The position numbers and the translations under genes were made by a program. A stretch of DNA of 64,000 bases from an uncultured virus (IMG/VR IMGVR_UViG_3300043105_000062) (taxonomy: Duplodnaviria > Heunggongvirae > Uroviricota > Caudoviricetes). The stretch spans positions 1 through 64,000 of the IMG/VR virus record IMGVR_UViG_3300043105_000062; one strand, 5' to 3'. The notes beneath the pieces were generated by a model. That model was not told the DNA's origin, ran no database searches, and saw nothing but the letters and a program-made list of their open reading frames with translations. Positions 1 through 8,463 of this stretch are shown here, one piece after another. Each line of letters starts with the position of its first letter. The first letter of the stretch is position 1.

Positions 1-2
1 AC

Positions 3-182
3 TCCACTACTGCAATCACATGGTTCAATAGCAAGAAAACGTCTTCTGTGAAACCATGTCGTGACCTTCAACGCGCTGAGATGTTCTTACGGGCTCTCTC
101 AGCGGACGTAGATACAATCCAAGTAATTCATTGGGATAACAAACGCTGGGGAGAGACCCCGGCTGACTTTGGCAATAAATAA
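3..182 (+). CDS. Ribonuclease HI, C-terminal fragment (5' truncated by window edge)
   Basis: Frame 3 reads STTAITWFNSKK...IHWDNKRWGETPADFGNK*, matching the W-x4-WGE(I/T)PADFGxK terminus of Bacteroidota RNase HI; not in the ORF track. Confidence 0.75.
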   Translation, partial: STTAITWFNSKKTSSVKPCRDLQRAEMFLRALSADVDTIQVIHWDNKRWGETPADFGNK

Positions 183-207
183 CCGTGTGCTAAATTTTTG
201 AGATTGG

Positions 208-245
208 AGAGGGGTATGGCTCGAAAGCGCTATATCCCTCTTTTT
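208..245 (+). terminator. Probable intrinsic terminator after RNase H
   Basis: Imperfect stem GAGAGGGGTATGGC...GCTATATCCCTC followed by a T run. Confidence 0.5.
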
Positions 246-248
246 ATG

Positions 249-276
249 CCCCATCGCGTGCGCCCACAAGCTATTC
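249..276 (+). promoter_or_regulatory. Candidate phage late promoter CC-N18-CTATTC
   Basis: CCCC 249-252, 18 nt, CTATTC 271-276, 15 nt before ATG 292; the same motif recurs before several late genes. Confidence 0.5.
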
Positions 277-291
277 ATAAATAAAAAGATT

Positions 292-549
292 ATGAAGAAG
301 TACTTAAAATGGCTTACTGAAAGCAATCGTCCTCAGCATATCGTGGTCGGTTTTCTTCTTGGTTTAACGCTTGGCTACATCGCCGTTATCTCCGCTGCTT
401 GTACCGCAGAGGTTAAAGACTGGTTGTGGAACGGTAAGAAGGGCGGCATCTTTGGGTGGGTCGTTGGAAACGGATTTGACTGGCTCGATCTGGCTGCTAC
501 CGTTTTGGGTGGCGCAGTGGGCTATGGTATCCATCTAATCATCTTCTAA
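292..549 (+). CDS. Small membrane protein
   Basis: 85 aa with hydrophobic segments, ending FDWLDLAATVLGG. Confidence 0.7.
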   Translation: MKKYLKWLTESNRPQHIVVGFLLGLTLGYIAVISAACTAEVKDWLWNGKKGGIFGWVVGNGFDWLDLAATVLGGAVGYGIHLIIF

Positions 550-550
550 C

Positions 551-961
551 ATGGAACAAGACAAACGATTAACAGACGCTCCTGAAATATTGGAGTGGAC
601 TGGAGAAGGTAAAGGCGACGGCTTGGTAATCAAATCAGGTCGTCGAATATATACGGTTGACAAATATGGCAATCTTGCTTCTTGCAGATATAAACGCAAA
701 GAAGCGGCTCGACTGGAGCATGGAACTTATTCCACCAGCATTGAAGGGCTGACTGATTTGAAACTGGGCGGTACGTACTCCGCTTCTCATACGGAAATCG
801 TAGTTGGAAAGCTCCTCGAATCTAATCTCTTTGGCTATCGTTTTCTTTGCGTAAAACCTGATGGCATGATTGCGTTTGTTGACTTGGACTACGATGACGC
901 TGTTCGTTATTGTCAGTCCGGAAACATCAAGGCAGTTTTTAAGGTATTGGGTGATTTTTAG
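551..961 (+). CDS. Hypothetical protein
   Basis: 136-aa ORF starting 1 nt after the upstream stop. Confidence 0.65.
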   Translation: MEQDKRLTDAPEILEWTGEGKGDGLVIKSGRRIYTVDKYGNLASCRYKRKEAARLEHGTYSTSIEGLTDLKLGGTYSASHTEIVVGKLLESNLFGYRFLCVKPDGMIAFVDLDYDDAVRYCQSGNIKAVFKVLGDF

Positions 962-1002
962 GTTGTTTCTTTTCTTGTTTGTTGTTAATTACACGTGGTT
1001 TT

Positions 1003-1030
1003 CCCTTTCGTTGTGAAACGAGAGGGTTTT
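1003..1030 (+). terminator. Intrinsic terminator
   Basis: CCCTTTCGTT-GTGA-AACGAGAGGG stem followed by TTTT. Confidence 0.6.
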
Positions 1031-1137
1031 CTATTTTTGAGGGGTGTGATGTGCAACAATATTGAAAATAATTTATGTTAAGATGAAAATGCGGGAGATT
1101 TTTGATTATTTCGCTGACATGAACCTTGTTATACGGA

Positions 1138-1169
1138 TTTGGAAAAACGAGATTTATGTTATATCTTTG
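1138..1169 (+). promoter_or_regulatory. Bacteroidota sigmaA-type promoter facing att/integrase
   Basis: TTTG (1138-1141)-N20-TATCTTTG (1162-1169), matching the TTTG-N19-21-TAnnTTTG consensus. Confidence 0.6.
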
Positions 1170-1197
1170 CAGCAGCAACTGAGAGTCCTGCTGAAGC

Positions 1198-1495
1198 CGA
1201 GTGTGCAAAATTTGTGCATTTGAGCGAGGAAATCAAAGGCTAATAGTTTGGAAATTAGATGTTTGCGTCGTCTAAAAATACGTGTCCTGGTGGCACCACA
1301 ATCGACGGTCAAACAGAAAAGTTTGGCCGTTTTTCGTTAAGACGAATTTCATTGGTAACTCTTTGAAAATCAAGACATCTAATTGAGTCCAAAAGGACAC
1401 GGAAACTGTTAAGTCGAAATTTCCGAGTGTGCATTTTTGAGGCAAAAACGGTGTGCAATCGCCGAAATCTTGACTTCGAGTGTGCAAAATTTGTG
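1198..1495. repeat. Candidate attP: arm-type repeats flanking a tRNA-3'-end-like core
   Basis: Exact 19-bp repeat CGAGTGTGCAAAATTTGTG at 1198-1216 and 1477-1495, partial copies at ~1423 and ~1450; core TCCTGGTGGCACCA at 1285-1298; lies directly upstream of the integrase. Confidence 0.65.
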
Positions 1496-1557
1496 ACGCC
1501 GGATTCACCTCGACTCATTGGTTCATCATAATCATTTTCATAAAAGCATGAATAGTC

Positions 1558-2829
1558 ATGGTGAAATTAAAAATCATTATCCGGTCCGGCTCACTTGTCC
1601 TGAGAATTTCCGAAAACAAAGACCGGTTTTACAAAAACGTGGAGTATCTTCTTAAAGGTTCTCCTGACCTCAAACACTGGAAAGCTGACAAGGAACAGTT
1701 CTCAGGTTACTCCCCTTGCCACGTAGAAAACAACCAAGCCCTTTCCGAGTTCAAGCAGGTGTACTGGAAACTCGTGACCGAACACCCGGAACTGACCGCA
1801 AGGCAAATCTCCGACTACTACAAGAATGAAAGCCGCCACACCGGAAGCGAGCCTGTTGAGCTTGCTGACTGGACCGTTGAGCAGTATTCTAATTCCGTAG
1901 CCAAGTATCTGGAGGTAATCACACTCAGAGAAAAGGCGAAAGCCGGTTGCAATTTTGAGGGGTATTACAAGCTTCTTCAGAAATGTCGCAAAGAAATTCC
2001 TGGCTTTGAAGTAATGCCGTTCTCAACTCTTGATTACAACAAGATGGTGCAGATTGCCAATATCTTCGCCAAAGGCAAGGCATACGTGCATCACTCAAAG
2101 CGTTTTCGTGCCCTGCTGGGAAAAGCGAGCAAGGATCGAGATGTCTCCTTCCAGCTAACTCAGATTGGCGATTTCAAGTTCGTAGATTACAATCCTGACA
2201 GATATGCAGTGGAAATGCGAGAGCCTGATGTGCTTTCTGCCGACGAGCTGAGAATGTTCCTCAACCTCAGCGTTCAGGATTTGACACCGAAGTATAAGGA
2301 CCGCAAAATGGTGGAAATCTATTACGACTTCTGCGTGTTCATGTTTCACTCGTTTTTTGCCCCCTGTGACGTGATAAAAGCAAAGTGGAGGGATATTACC
2401 AGAAAAGGAACAATCGCCGTTAGACGCAAGAAAACGCACCGTCCCGTCGAAGTTCCGGTGACTCCTGCTATGCGTGCGATTATAGATAAGTATAAAGGCC
2501 AATCTAAGGACGGTTACATCTTTCCTATCATGGACGATGAGAAGGAAAAGAAGTACACGACCAAGGATTATACCTTCAAGAAATTCCGTGAGTTCCTGAA
2601 TAAATGGCTGAAGGTTGTCGGCAAAGAACTTGGGTTGCGTTTCGACCTTTATGCCTACGTGTTTCGCCACACTGCCATAACCGTTGCTATCGACCACGGG
2701 CTCTCAGTATCATACGTTGCTAATGCCGCCGGCACAAGCATAGAAATGATACAGCAACATTATTATAATGGAGAGTGTCAGCAAAACCGCGATAAGCTTA
2801 CTGAAGCCTTTATGATGGCTGCTGAGTAA
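1558..2829 (+). CDS. int: Tyrosine recombinase / phage integrase
   Basis: 423 aa; KWRDI, RRKKT...VEVP, YIFPI, YVFRHTAIT, AAGTSIEMIQQHYY C-terminal motifs. Confidence 0.88.
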   Translation: MVKLKIIIRSGSLVLRISENKDRFYKNVEYLLKGSPDLKHWKADKEQFSGYSPCHVENNQALSEFKQVYWKLVTEHPELTARQISDYYKNESRHTGSEPVELADWTVEQYSNSVAKYLEVITLREKAKAGCNFEGYYKLLQKCRKEIPGFEVMPFSTLDYNKMVQIANIFAKGKAYVHHSKRFRALLGKASKDRDVSFQLTQIGDFKFVDYNPDRYAVEMREPDVLSADELRMFLNLSVQDLTPKYKDRKMVEIYYDFCVFMFHSFFAPCDVIKAKWRDITRKGTIAVRRKKTHRPVEVPVTPAMRAIIDKYKGQSKDGYIFPIMDDEKEKKYTTKDYTFKKFREFLNKWLKVVGKELGLRFDLYAYVFRHTAITVAIDHGLSVSYVANAAGTSIEMIQQHYYNGECQQNRDKLTEAFMMAAE

Positions 2830-2841
2830 ACGCCTATAGAC

Positions 2842-2874
2842 AAAACGAATCCCGGCCATAATAGTCGGGATTCG
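2842..2874. terminator. Terminator between convergent int and neck gene
   Basis: CGAATCCCG...CGGGATTCG inverted repeat preceded by AAAA (U tail on the minus strand). Confidence 0.65.
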
Positions 2875-2905
2875 CACCTTGTCGGGTTAGCTCCGGGCGG
2901 TCGCA

Positions 2906-3937
2906 CTATATCTGCCACGGATTTTTTCTTGGGTCGTAATCGCTCTGGAAGGTGGCTATCGCTATTTCGCTGACCGGTTTCTTCTCCTCATCCATCTTTC
3001 TTGGGATTTGCGGATTGATTTTGCAACGGTTCGCGTCATGTAGCCACTGCATAGTCGCCTCATAGTCTGTGATGCGAGCCGAGCTAACGTTGTTCGGCGA
3101 GATGAGTTTATGCAGTTCGTATAGCGCGATTTTGACCATGTGTTTTTTGAGGTTGGTATTTCTGGGGTCATTGTATCTGAAGTTATACCCCTCGACGAGT
3201 TTATCGGCGGTGGGTGTCATTGTAGGAATCCAAACTTTACCGTCGAACTCCACGTATTCTGTATCTTTGAACTCGTATTCGTATTCTGGGTCGTACTTAC
3301 CGATAAGACCCCAATTATCGGAATCCATCGGGTTAACGGTAAGGTCAATGTCATCCAAGCTAATCAAAGCGAAGAACTGACCTTCCCACTCTACTACGCT
3401 CCAAAGCTCATACTCCAGATTAGGTTCCCAAGCGGATACTTCAACCGTTTCCCATGCGATAATGCCTGGGATGCGAATGTCGGCGTAATCCAGCCCGTTA
3501 TATTCCATGCACTCGTAAATCGTACCGCTGAAGAAAACGAGATCTCCTGGTCGATAATTCATCAGCTGAGAGTATGGGGAAACTGACTTGCCTTGTGCGC
3601 CGTCAAAATCTTCATATTCTCGCCAGTACTCTTTGGAAGCCGGTGCCTTAATGCCGTTGATAGACCGAAGCGCCTCTACAATTTTCCCTTCGTAGTAGAA
3701 ATGAACGCCTACCGGATAGGTGATGCGTGAATTATACTCGCGAAGATTTTTGCCAACCTGAAGTGCCTTTTCCACCTCATAGTTATCCGTCAGGTACTCA
3801 ACGATTGATGCTTCTGCGGCTTCCTCAGCTTGCTCAACACGTATTTGCTGACCTCGGATAAGCTGGTTAAACAGCTCATCCGAAATCTGACTCATATAGT
3901 CGTTGTTATTGAGAAATCTTTGAGACATATCAATCAC
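2906..3937 (-). CDS. Head-tail adaptor/neck protein (Mu gp36/DUF1320-like) with an internal repeat insertion
   Basis: N-term AEEAAEASIVEYL..Y and C-term DPRN..LKKHMVKIALYELH...R..DYEATMQWL; adjacent to terL. Confidence 0.65.
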   Translation of the reverse strand: MIDMSQRFLNNNDYMSQISDELFNQLIRGQQIRVEQAEEAAEASIVEYLTDNYEVEKALQVGKNLREYNSRITYPVGVHFYYEGKIVEALRSINGIKAPASKEYWREYEDFDGAQGKSVSPYSQLMNYRPGDLVFFSGTIYECMEYNGLDYADIRIPGIIAWETVEVSAWEPNLEYELWSVVEWEGQFFALISLDDIDLTVNPMDSDNWGLIGKYDPEYEYEFKDTEYVEFDGKVWIPTMTPTADKLVEGYNFRYNDPRNTNLKKHMVKIALYELHKLISPNNVSSARITDYEATMQWLHDANRCKINPQIPRKMDEEKKPVSEIAIATFQSDYDPRKNPWQI

Positions 3938-3939
3938 GT

Positions 3940-6651
3940 TTAATATTCAAATGACCCGTATATCGGAGTCCCATTGAATGTCGTTATTCCGGAACTTCCG
4001 CTGGAATTAAACTTCTTCCACGGTTCATTTAAGAATAGTACAAGAAGGTAGTCTAAGGTGTCAGAGAAGTGTCCGTATCGTTCATATTTTATTCCAAGCT
4101 TGGCGTCCATGATTTTCGCCTTGCTCTTGGAACCGTCCATTTCTTTGCGCTGGTTGATGAGGTCTTCAATCAACTTGCGACATTTGAGGTCAATTTGTAT
4201 GCTCCAACCCTGATACCCATCGAAGATATTGTTGACAAATTCCAAGCGGGTAATCTGGGATGGTTGTTTATTGAGCAGCTTCTTCTTCGGTCTAAGCAGA
4301 GGGCTGTCAAGTATTGAAAGCAGAATGGTGTAGTTGTTCACGCCATCTTCAGTTGTCGTTGTGCGTGACAATCCTGCTGGGTCGCCTGTAACCACCACGC
4401 CTCCCGCATGACCGGCATTAAGCAGATGGTTTCGGATTTTTTCGGCGAACTTGGGAGTATTGTTTTCCTTTTGTTCAGGTCTTCCGAGAATTTCTTCCAG
4501 AATGTAAACCACCTTGTTATCGTAATCAATCTGAGCTACCAAACAACTCATGTAAGGCGCAACGTTGAAGTCAAAGCTAAGGATTAACGGCTTCAGAGGG
4601 TCGTATTTAGACTCTTTCAATCCGTCAACCAAGTGCTTTGCTCCGTCAAACTTCCAATAGCAGGCAGCATCGTTGACATCGACATACAGCCAGTTACCAA
4701 AGAGCAGACGTTCTCTTACGCTGGGGTCGGAAATCTTATACAGCGAGGAAACGTAAGCGTTGACAAAGTTCTTGTCTGGGTTGTCGTAAACGCTGAAGGG
4801 GATGTATATTTCGTTGGGGCGGCAAACCACCGGCTCTGCGTTCTCATCCAGCACAAACCTATCGCGTACCCATCCCATACACGGGTTGGTTGACATCAGG
4901 AGCTTGGGCACTTTGGTCGTGTCGGCAACTCGCCAACGGAGACGGGAGAACAAAACGTCAACGCCTCGCTGGTCAACTTCGCCGACCTCATCAATGAAGC
5001 CTCCTGAGAACTCCGATGAACCGAAGCGTAAATAGTCCGGGTCTGATGGTGAGTACGCCATTTCCTTCATAATGATTTTAGAACCGTTCCAGAATATCAT
5101 TTCCCCTGAGAGGTTATTGATTTTGTAGTGAACCTGTTCCTCAAGCCCCCAGGATTTCGCTACACTCTGGATAGTATTCCAAGTTGATTCACGCAAGCTC
5201 TTGAGAGTTTTACGAGCGACAACCATACGCATATCGGACCAACGCAAGCAGCTACTGATGAGCCAGCACGAACCAAGGTACGAGTTGTGCGTGACGGTGA
5301 AATTGTCGGTGATGTAAAGTCCTGACGGGTCGTCAACGGTGATGCAGAAACTCTCTTGCTCGCCAATATATTCAACGTCTGTAATGCGTTTGCCAAGTTT
5401 GGAAGCGCCACCATTGAAAGTTAATCTGGTACGCTCTTTTTTGCGCGTTAAGCCGACAAATTCTGGCGCCAGTTCTTCAATGCGAATTTGTACGTCCCAT
5501 GTATCATTACATTTGATATATTCGCCATTCTCATTTTTATAACCAGCAGGATTGGTTGTAATGGTTGCGACACCGCCTAAAGAGCGTACAACAAACGCCA
5601 CATCTTCAGCTAATTGCTTGCTGATTGATGTATAGCTCATGTGCCCTCTGTTATCAACATATCCATCAGTATCCATAAGCCCTTTCATAAGTTCTAATCG
5701 GTCTTCGATAGAAGCGTATAAATACCTTTTAGGAATCATGTGATTTATGGAGGTATTTCCAGCGATGCCAAGCTGACGTAGTGAATCAATGAGTTTAGCG
5801 TCGCGAATACGATAATGCGCAGCCTTGTTATTCGGCTTCATGTAATAATTAGACATATCGTATCCAGCATTGATAAAACGGGCTTTGATTTCTTCGTCCA
5901 TTGTAATCATTTCAACAACACCTTGGGATATGCAGCTATTTGCGATACATCCATCACCAATAATTGCGCCTAATATATACGGCTCAATCAATAGAGGATC
6001 GTTATTGCCAAGAGTAAACTGCACAGGTTTAGTGAGCGGAATGATTAGATTGTTGCTTTCATTCACACCATTCTTTTTTCGCTGGTACCATTCATACATT
6101 TGCTTTGTGGACCAAATTTTATCGTCTCCATATTCAGCGTAATGTTCTGGATAGCGCTTGGCTAATTTTGACTTTTTGCGACTCTGATGCGCTCTCCATA
6201 AATGACCTTCTGAACATTCAGTGTATGTTTGGTCAACAAAATGTACACGGTAAAATGGATGTTTACCTTTTGGGTGTATCCAAAGAACTCGTTGTTGACC
6301 GCCTGTAGTTGGGTTGGTGATAATGTCACCAACTTTTAAATCTCTCAGCGGTCTAAAGCCAAACGGCGTGCAAATCAGGCTGTTAAGTGAGGTCATTTTC
6401 CCGCCGCCGGCAGCTCCTCCACATAAAATTATTTGGGGAATGTTGTCATTGCCGCAATCTTGGCATACAGATATGTATGTTGGATTGCCATTTCTATCGA
6501 CTCCGTTTTGTACTTGACGTACCGTACCGCCGCAAACCGGGCACTCCGGTTGCAGGTTCTTCCAGACGGAGTATTGACGAGGCGAAGGCGCGAAGTCAAT
6601 TTTAAGATTCGTAGGTGGTTTTAGTCCTGGGATCATAACGTTGGAAAACAT
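3940..6651 (-). CDS. terL: Terminase large subunit containing an intein
   Basis: Walker A GGAAGGGK|S split by the intein, Walker B GGFIDE, STNP coupling motif, nuclease SFDFN...GDPAG...HFSDTLDY. Confidence 0.93.
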   Translation of the reverse strand: MFSNVMIPGLKPPTNLKIDFAPSPRQYSVWKNLQPECPVCGGTVRQVQNGVDRNGNPTYISVCQDCGNDNIPQIILCGGAAGGGKMTSLNSLICTPFGFRPLRDLKVGDIITNPTTGGQQRVLWIHPKGKHPFYRVHFVDQTYTECSEGHLWRAHQSRKKSKLAKRYPEHYAEYGDDKIWSTKQMYEWYQRKKNGVNESNNLIIPLTKPVQFTLGNNDPLLIEPYILGAIIGDGCIANSCISQGVVEMITMDEEIKARFINAGYDMSNYYMKPNNKAAHYRIRDAKLIDSLRQLGIAGNTSINHMIPKRYLYASIEDRLELMKGLMDTDGYVDNRGHMSYTSISKQLAEDVAFVVRSLGGVATITTNPAGYKNENGEYIKCNDTWDVQIRIEELAPEFVGLTRKKERTRLTFNGGASKLGKRITDVEYIGEQESFCITVDDPSGLYITDNFTVTHNSYLGSCWLISSCLRWSDMRMVVARKTLKSLRESTWNTIQSVAKSWGLEEQVHYKINNLSGEMIFWNGSKIIMKEMAYSPSDPDYLRFGSSEFSGGFIDEVGEVDQRGVDVLFSRLRWRVADTTKVPKLLMSTNPCMGWVRDRFVLDENAEPVVCRPNEIYIPFSVYDNPDKNFVNAYVSSLYKISDPSVRERLLFGNWLYVDVNDAACYWKFDGAKHLVDGLKESKYDPLKPLILSFDFNVAPYMSCLVAQIDYDNKVVYILEEILGRPEQKENNTPKFAEKIRNHLLNAGHAGGVVVTGDPAGLSRTTTTEDGVNNYTILLSILDSPLLRPKKKLLNKQPSQITRLEFVNNIFDGYQGWSIQIDLKCRKLIEDLINQRKEMDGSKSKAKIMDAKLGIKYERYGHFSDTLDYLLVLFLNEPWKKFNSSGSSGITTFNGTPIYGSFEY
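5284..6396 (-). mobile_element. Class 3 intein (371 aa) with LAGLIDADG homing endonuclease in terL
   Basis: Begins MTSLNSLICTPFG after GGGK and ends VTHN|S; block B HLW, block F FCITV; endonuclease motifs LGAIIGDG and LKGLMDTDG-like. Confidence 0.88.
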
Positions 6652-6916
6652 GAGGGTGAACTAATTCATTGTACTTTTTGAGGTCGAGATAGTAGCGACG
6701 GCGGCGACCACCATCCGTCCAGATTTTGATGTAACCGGCTTTTGCCAATTCCAAAATCATGTTGCGGCATGTACCGTAATTGCCCTGACCATACTTCTCA
6801 GCCATCTTGTAAAAGGTGTCGTTGGTCCATAGCTGGTATTGGTTTCTGAACCAAACCAGGAAACCTACCGCTCTTGTAGGGGTAGTGTTGTCAAATTCTC
6901 GTTTCTTCTTATTCAT
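6602..6916 (-). CDS. Probable winged-helix DNA-binding protein
   Basis: 104 aa, basic; MAEKYG..YGTCRNMILELAKAGYIKI pattern; overlaps the terL start. Confidence 0.6.
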   Translation of the reverse strand: MNKKKREFDNTTPTRAVGFLVWFRNQYQLWTNDTFYKMAEKYGQGNYGTCRNMILELAKAGYIKIWTDGGRRRRYYLDLKKYNELVHPHVFQRYDPRTKTTYES

Positions 6917-6941
6917 ATAGAGTTTGGTTTATTACATTGAA

Positions 6942-6968
6942 GAATAGAGATGACAATCTTCAAATGGG
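6942..6968 (-). promoter_or_regulatory. Candidate late promoter CC-N18-CTATTC
   Basis: Minus strand CCC-N18-CTATTC, 25 nt before start 6916. Confidence 0.55.
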
Positions 6969-7001
6969 TGAAAATCCAGAAAAAATTATTATATTTGCGA
7001 T

Positions 7002-7397
7002 ATGAAAACTCTCTATCTCACCACATTGTCTCTCGTGCTAACCGCTTGTACTGGGAGCGTAAAGACAGAACAGACGCAGGTTTCCGACTCCATCAGCGAG
7101 CCGGCAGATAGCGTCGTAGTTGTAGATACCGTCCAGAAGCCCGTAGAAGCCCCTGCAACGCCAGCAAAATCTTCAGATGATAATCGTTTCACCTCAGAGC
7201 AAGAAGCGTATGACGAGGGCTATATTAACGGCGAACAAGAAGGCTATACTGACGCTACTCATCATCTGGAATTTGGCTACTACTATAATGATGAGCCAAC
7301 ATACCCAGGATTTGCAGCGGCTTATATGGAAGGCTATGAAGATGGCTACCATGACGTCTATAATCAGGGGCTGGCATGGAACTATGAAAATGAATGA
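7002..7397 (+). CDS. Lipoprotein, moron-like (opposite strand)
   Basis: Signal MKTLYLTTLSLVLTA|C lipobox; acidic YxxGYxxG repeats; TATATTTG (6990-6997) just upstream. Confidence 0.75.
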   Translation: MKTLYLTTLSLVLTACTGSVKTEQTQVSDSISEPADSVVVVDTVQKPVEAPATPAKSSDDNRFTSEQEAYDEGYINGEQEGYTDATHHLEFGYYYNDEPTYPGFAAAYMEGYEDGYHDVYNQGLAWNYENE

Positions 7398-7462
7398 AAC
7401 CGTGCCCAAATTGAATTGAACACGGTTTCGGCTTATGGAAATAAAAGGATCAAGGTATGCCT

Positions 7463-7795
7463 TTATGCAGAGGCTTGCACAGCAGCGTAAATTTTTTCTA
7501 CGGTAGCCCAAAGATTGTCTGGAGCGGGCTTGTCAGCAAGTTTTTCACAAGCTGCTTTGAGGTATTCCAACTCCTGCTTTGAGAAGTCAACAACGAGCGG
7601 ATTTTCGCGGTCCTTGTTGATGTCCCAGGTTGTACGCTTGTTTTCCACGTCTTCCTGGATGTTATAAGTTTTTGCGTCCTCGGCGGTAAGCGCAACTTTC
7701 TTGATGATTTCCCGCTTCATGTTGAAGTCCATGAATGTATTCTCTGTTGGGAGAATAGTGGGAATGTAAATGCGGTCAATAACGTTGAGTTCCAT
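7463..7795 (-). CDS. Hypothetical protein
   Basis: 110 aa, follows the endolysin in the same orientation. Confidence 0.7.
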   Translation of the reverse strand: MELNVIDRIYIPTILPTENTFMDFNMKREIIKKVALTAEDAKTYNIQEDVENKRTTWDINKDRENPLVVDFSKQELEYLKAACEKLADKPAPDNLWATVEKIYAAVQASA

Positions 7796-7806
7796 ATTGT
7801 TATTAA

Positions 7807-8406
7807 TTAAAGTGATTTGACGTATTTCACGATTGCCTGTACGTGGAGGTCGGCGAGAGTTTCCTTGCCGGCTTCAGAAAGCAGATAAGCGCAATCTTCT
7901 TGGTTATCCATAAACAGGTTCTCAGTAAGTACCGCAGGACAGTTAGTACCCTTCAAGATACCGATGTCTGAAGTAGTCCAGCTCCAAGTCCAATATTTGC
8001 CGGATGGGATTGAGCGATTGCCCATAAGGTCACGAGCAATAGCCTCATCAGTGAGAAGCGCGGCAAATTTCTTAGAGTTGCTGGAAGAGTTCTTAGATAC
8101 AAAAGCACTGAAACCACGAGCGGTCATCCATTGACCACTACCGGCTGCATTGTTATGAATGGAAAGGAGAAGCACATTCTTAGCGCCAGTGGTCTTACAG
8201 ATAGCATTGACGCGATTAATACGGGTATTTATGGAGATGTCGTTTTCCTCAGTGACGATACGCTGAGCATCATAGCCCAATGCGACCAACTTAGCCTCTA
8301 CGCGCTTGGCAATTTCACGTGCCCACGCATATTCTCTAAGCTTGCCATCGGGAGATGATTTTCCTTTTGTTTCAGCTCCGTGTCCGTTGTCGATGAGTAT
8401 CTTCAT
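7807..8406 (-). CDS. Endolysin, N-acetylmuramoyl-L-alanine amidase (Amidase_3)
   Basis: ILIDNGHG, LREY, LSIHNNAA and PAVLTENLFMDN zinc-amidase motifs. Confidence 0.93.
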   Translation of the reverse strand: MKILIDNGHGAETKGKSSPDGKLREYAWAREIAKRVEAKLVALGYDAQRIVTEENDISINTRINRVNAICKTTGAKNVLLLSIHNNAAGSGQWMTARGFSAFVSKNSSSNSKKFAALLTDEAIARDLMGNRSIPSGKYWTWSWTTSDIGILKGTNCPAVLTENLFMDNQEDCAYLLSEAGKETLADLHVQAIVKYVKSL

Positions 8407-8431
8407 ATATTTGAATGTTGTTTTCGTTAAA

Positions 8432-8458
8432 GAATAGAAAGTAATTTATTTACGTGGG
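8432..8458 (-). promoter_or_regulatory. Candidate late promoter CC-N18-CTATTC
   Basis: Minus strand CCC-N18-CTATTC, 25 nt before the endolysin ATG. Confidence 0.55.
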
Positions 8459-8463
8459 TTAGT

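Noticed and set aside
1270..1300. tRNA gene
   Set aside because: Only about 14 nt resemble a tRNA 3' end and there is no cloverleaf upstream; treated as an att core
939..1518. Minus-strand ORFs 939-1208, 1272-1508 and 1309-1518
   Set aside because: They overlap terminator, promoter and att repeats and show no recognisable protein features
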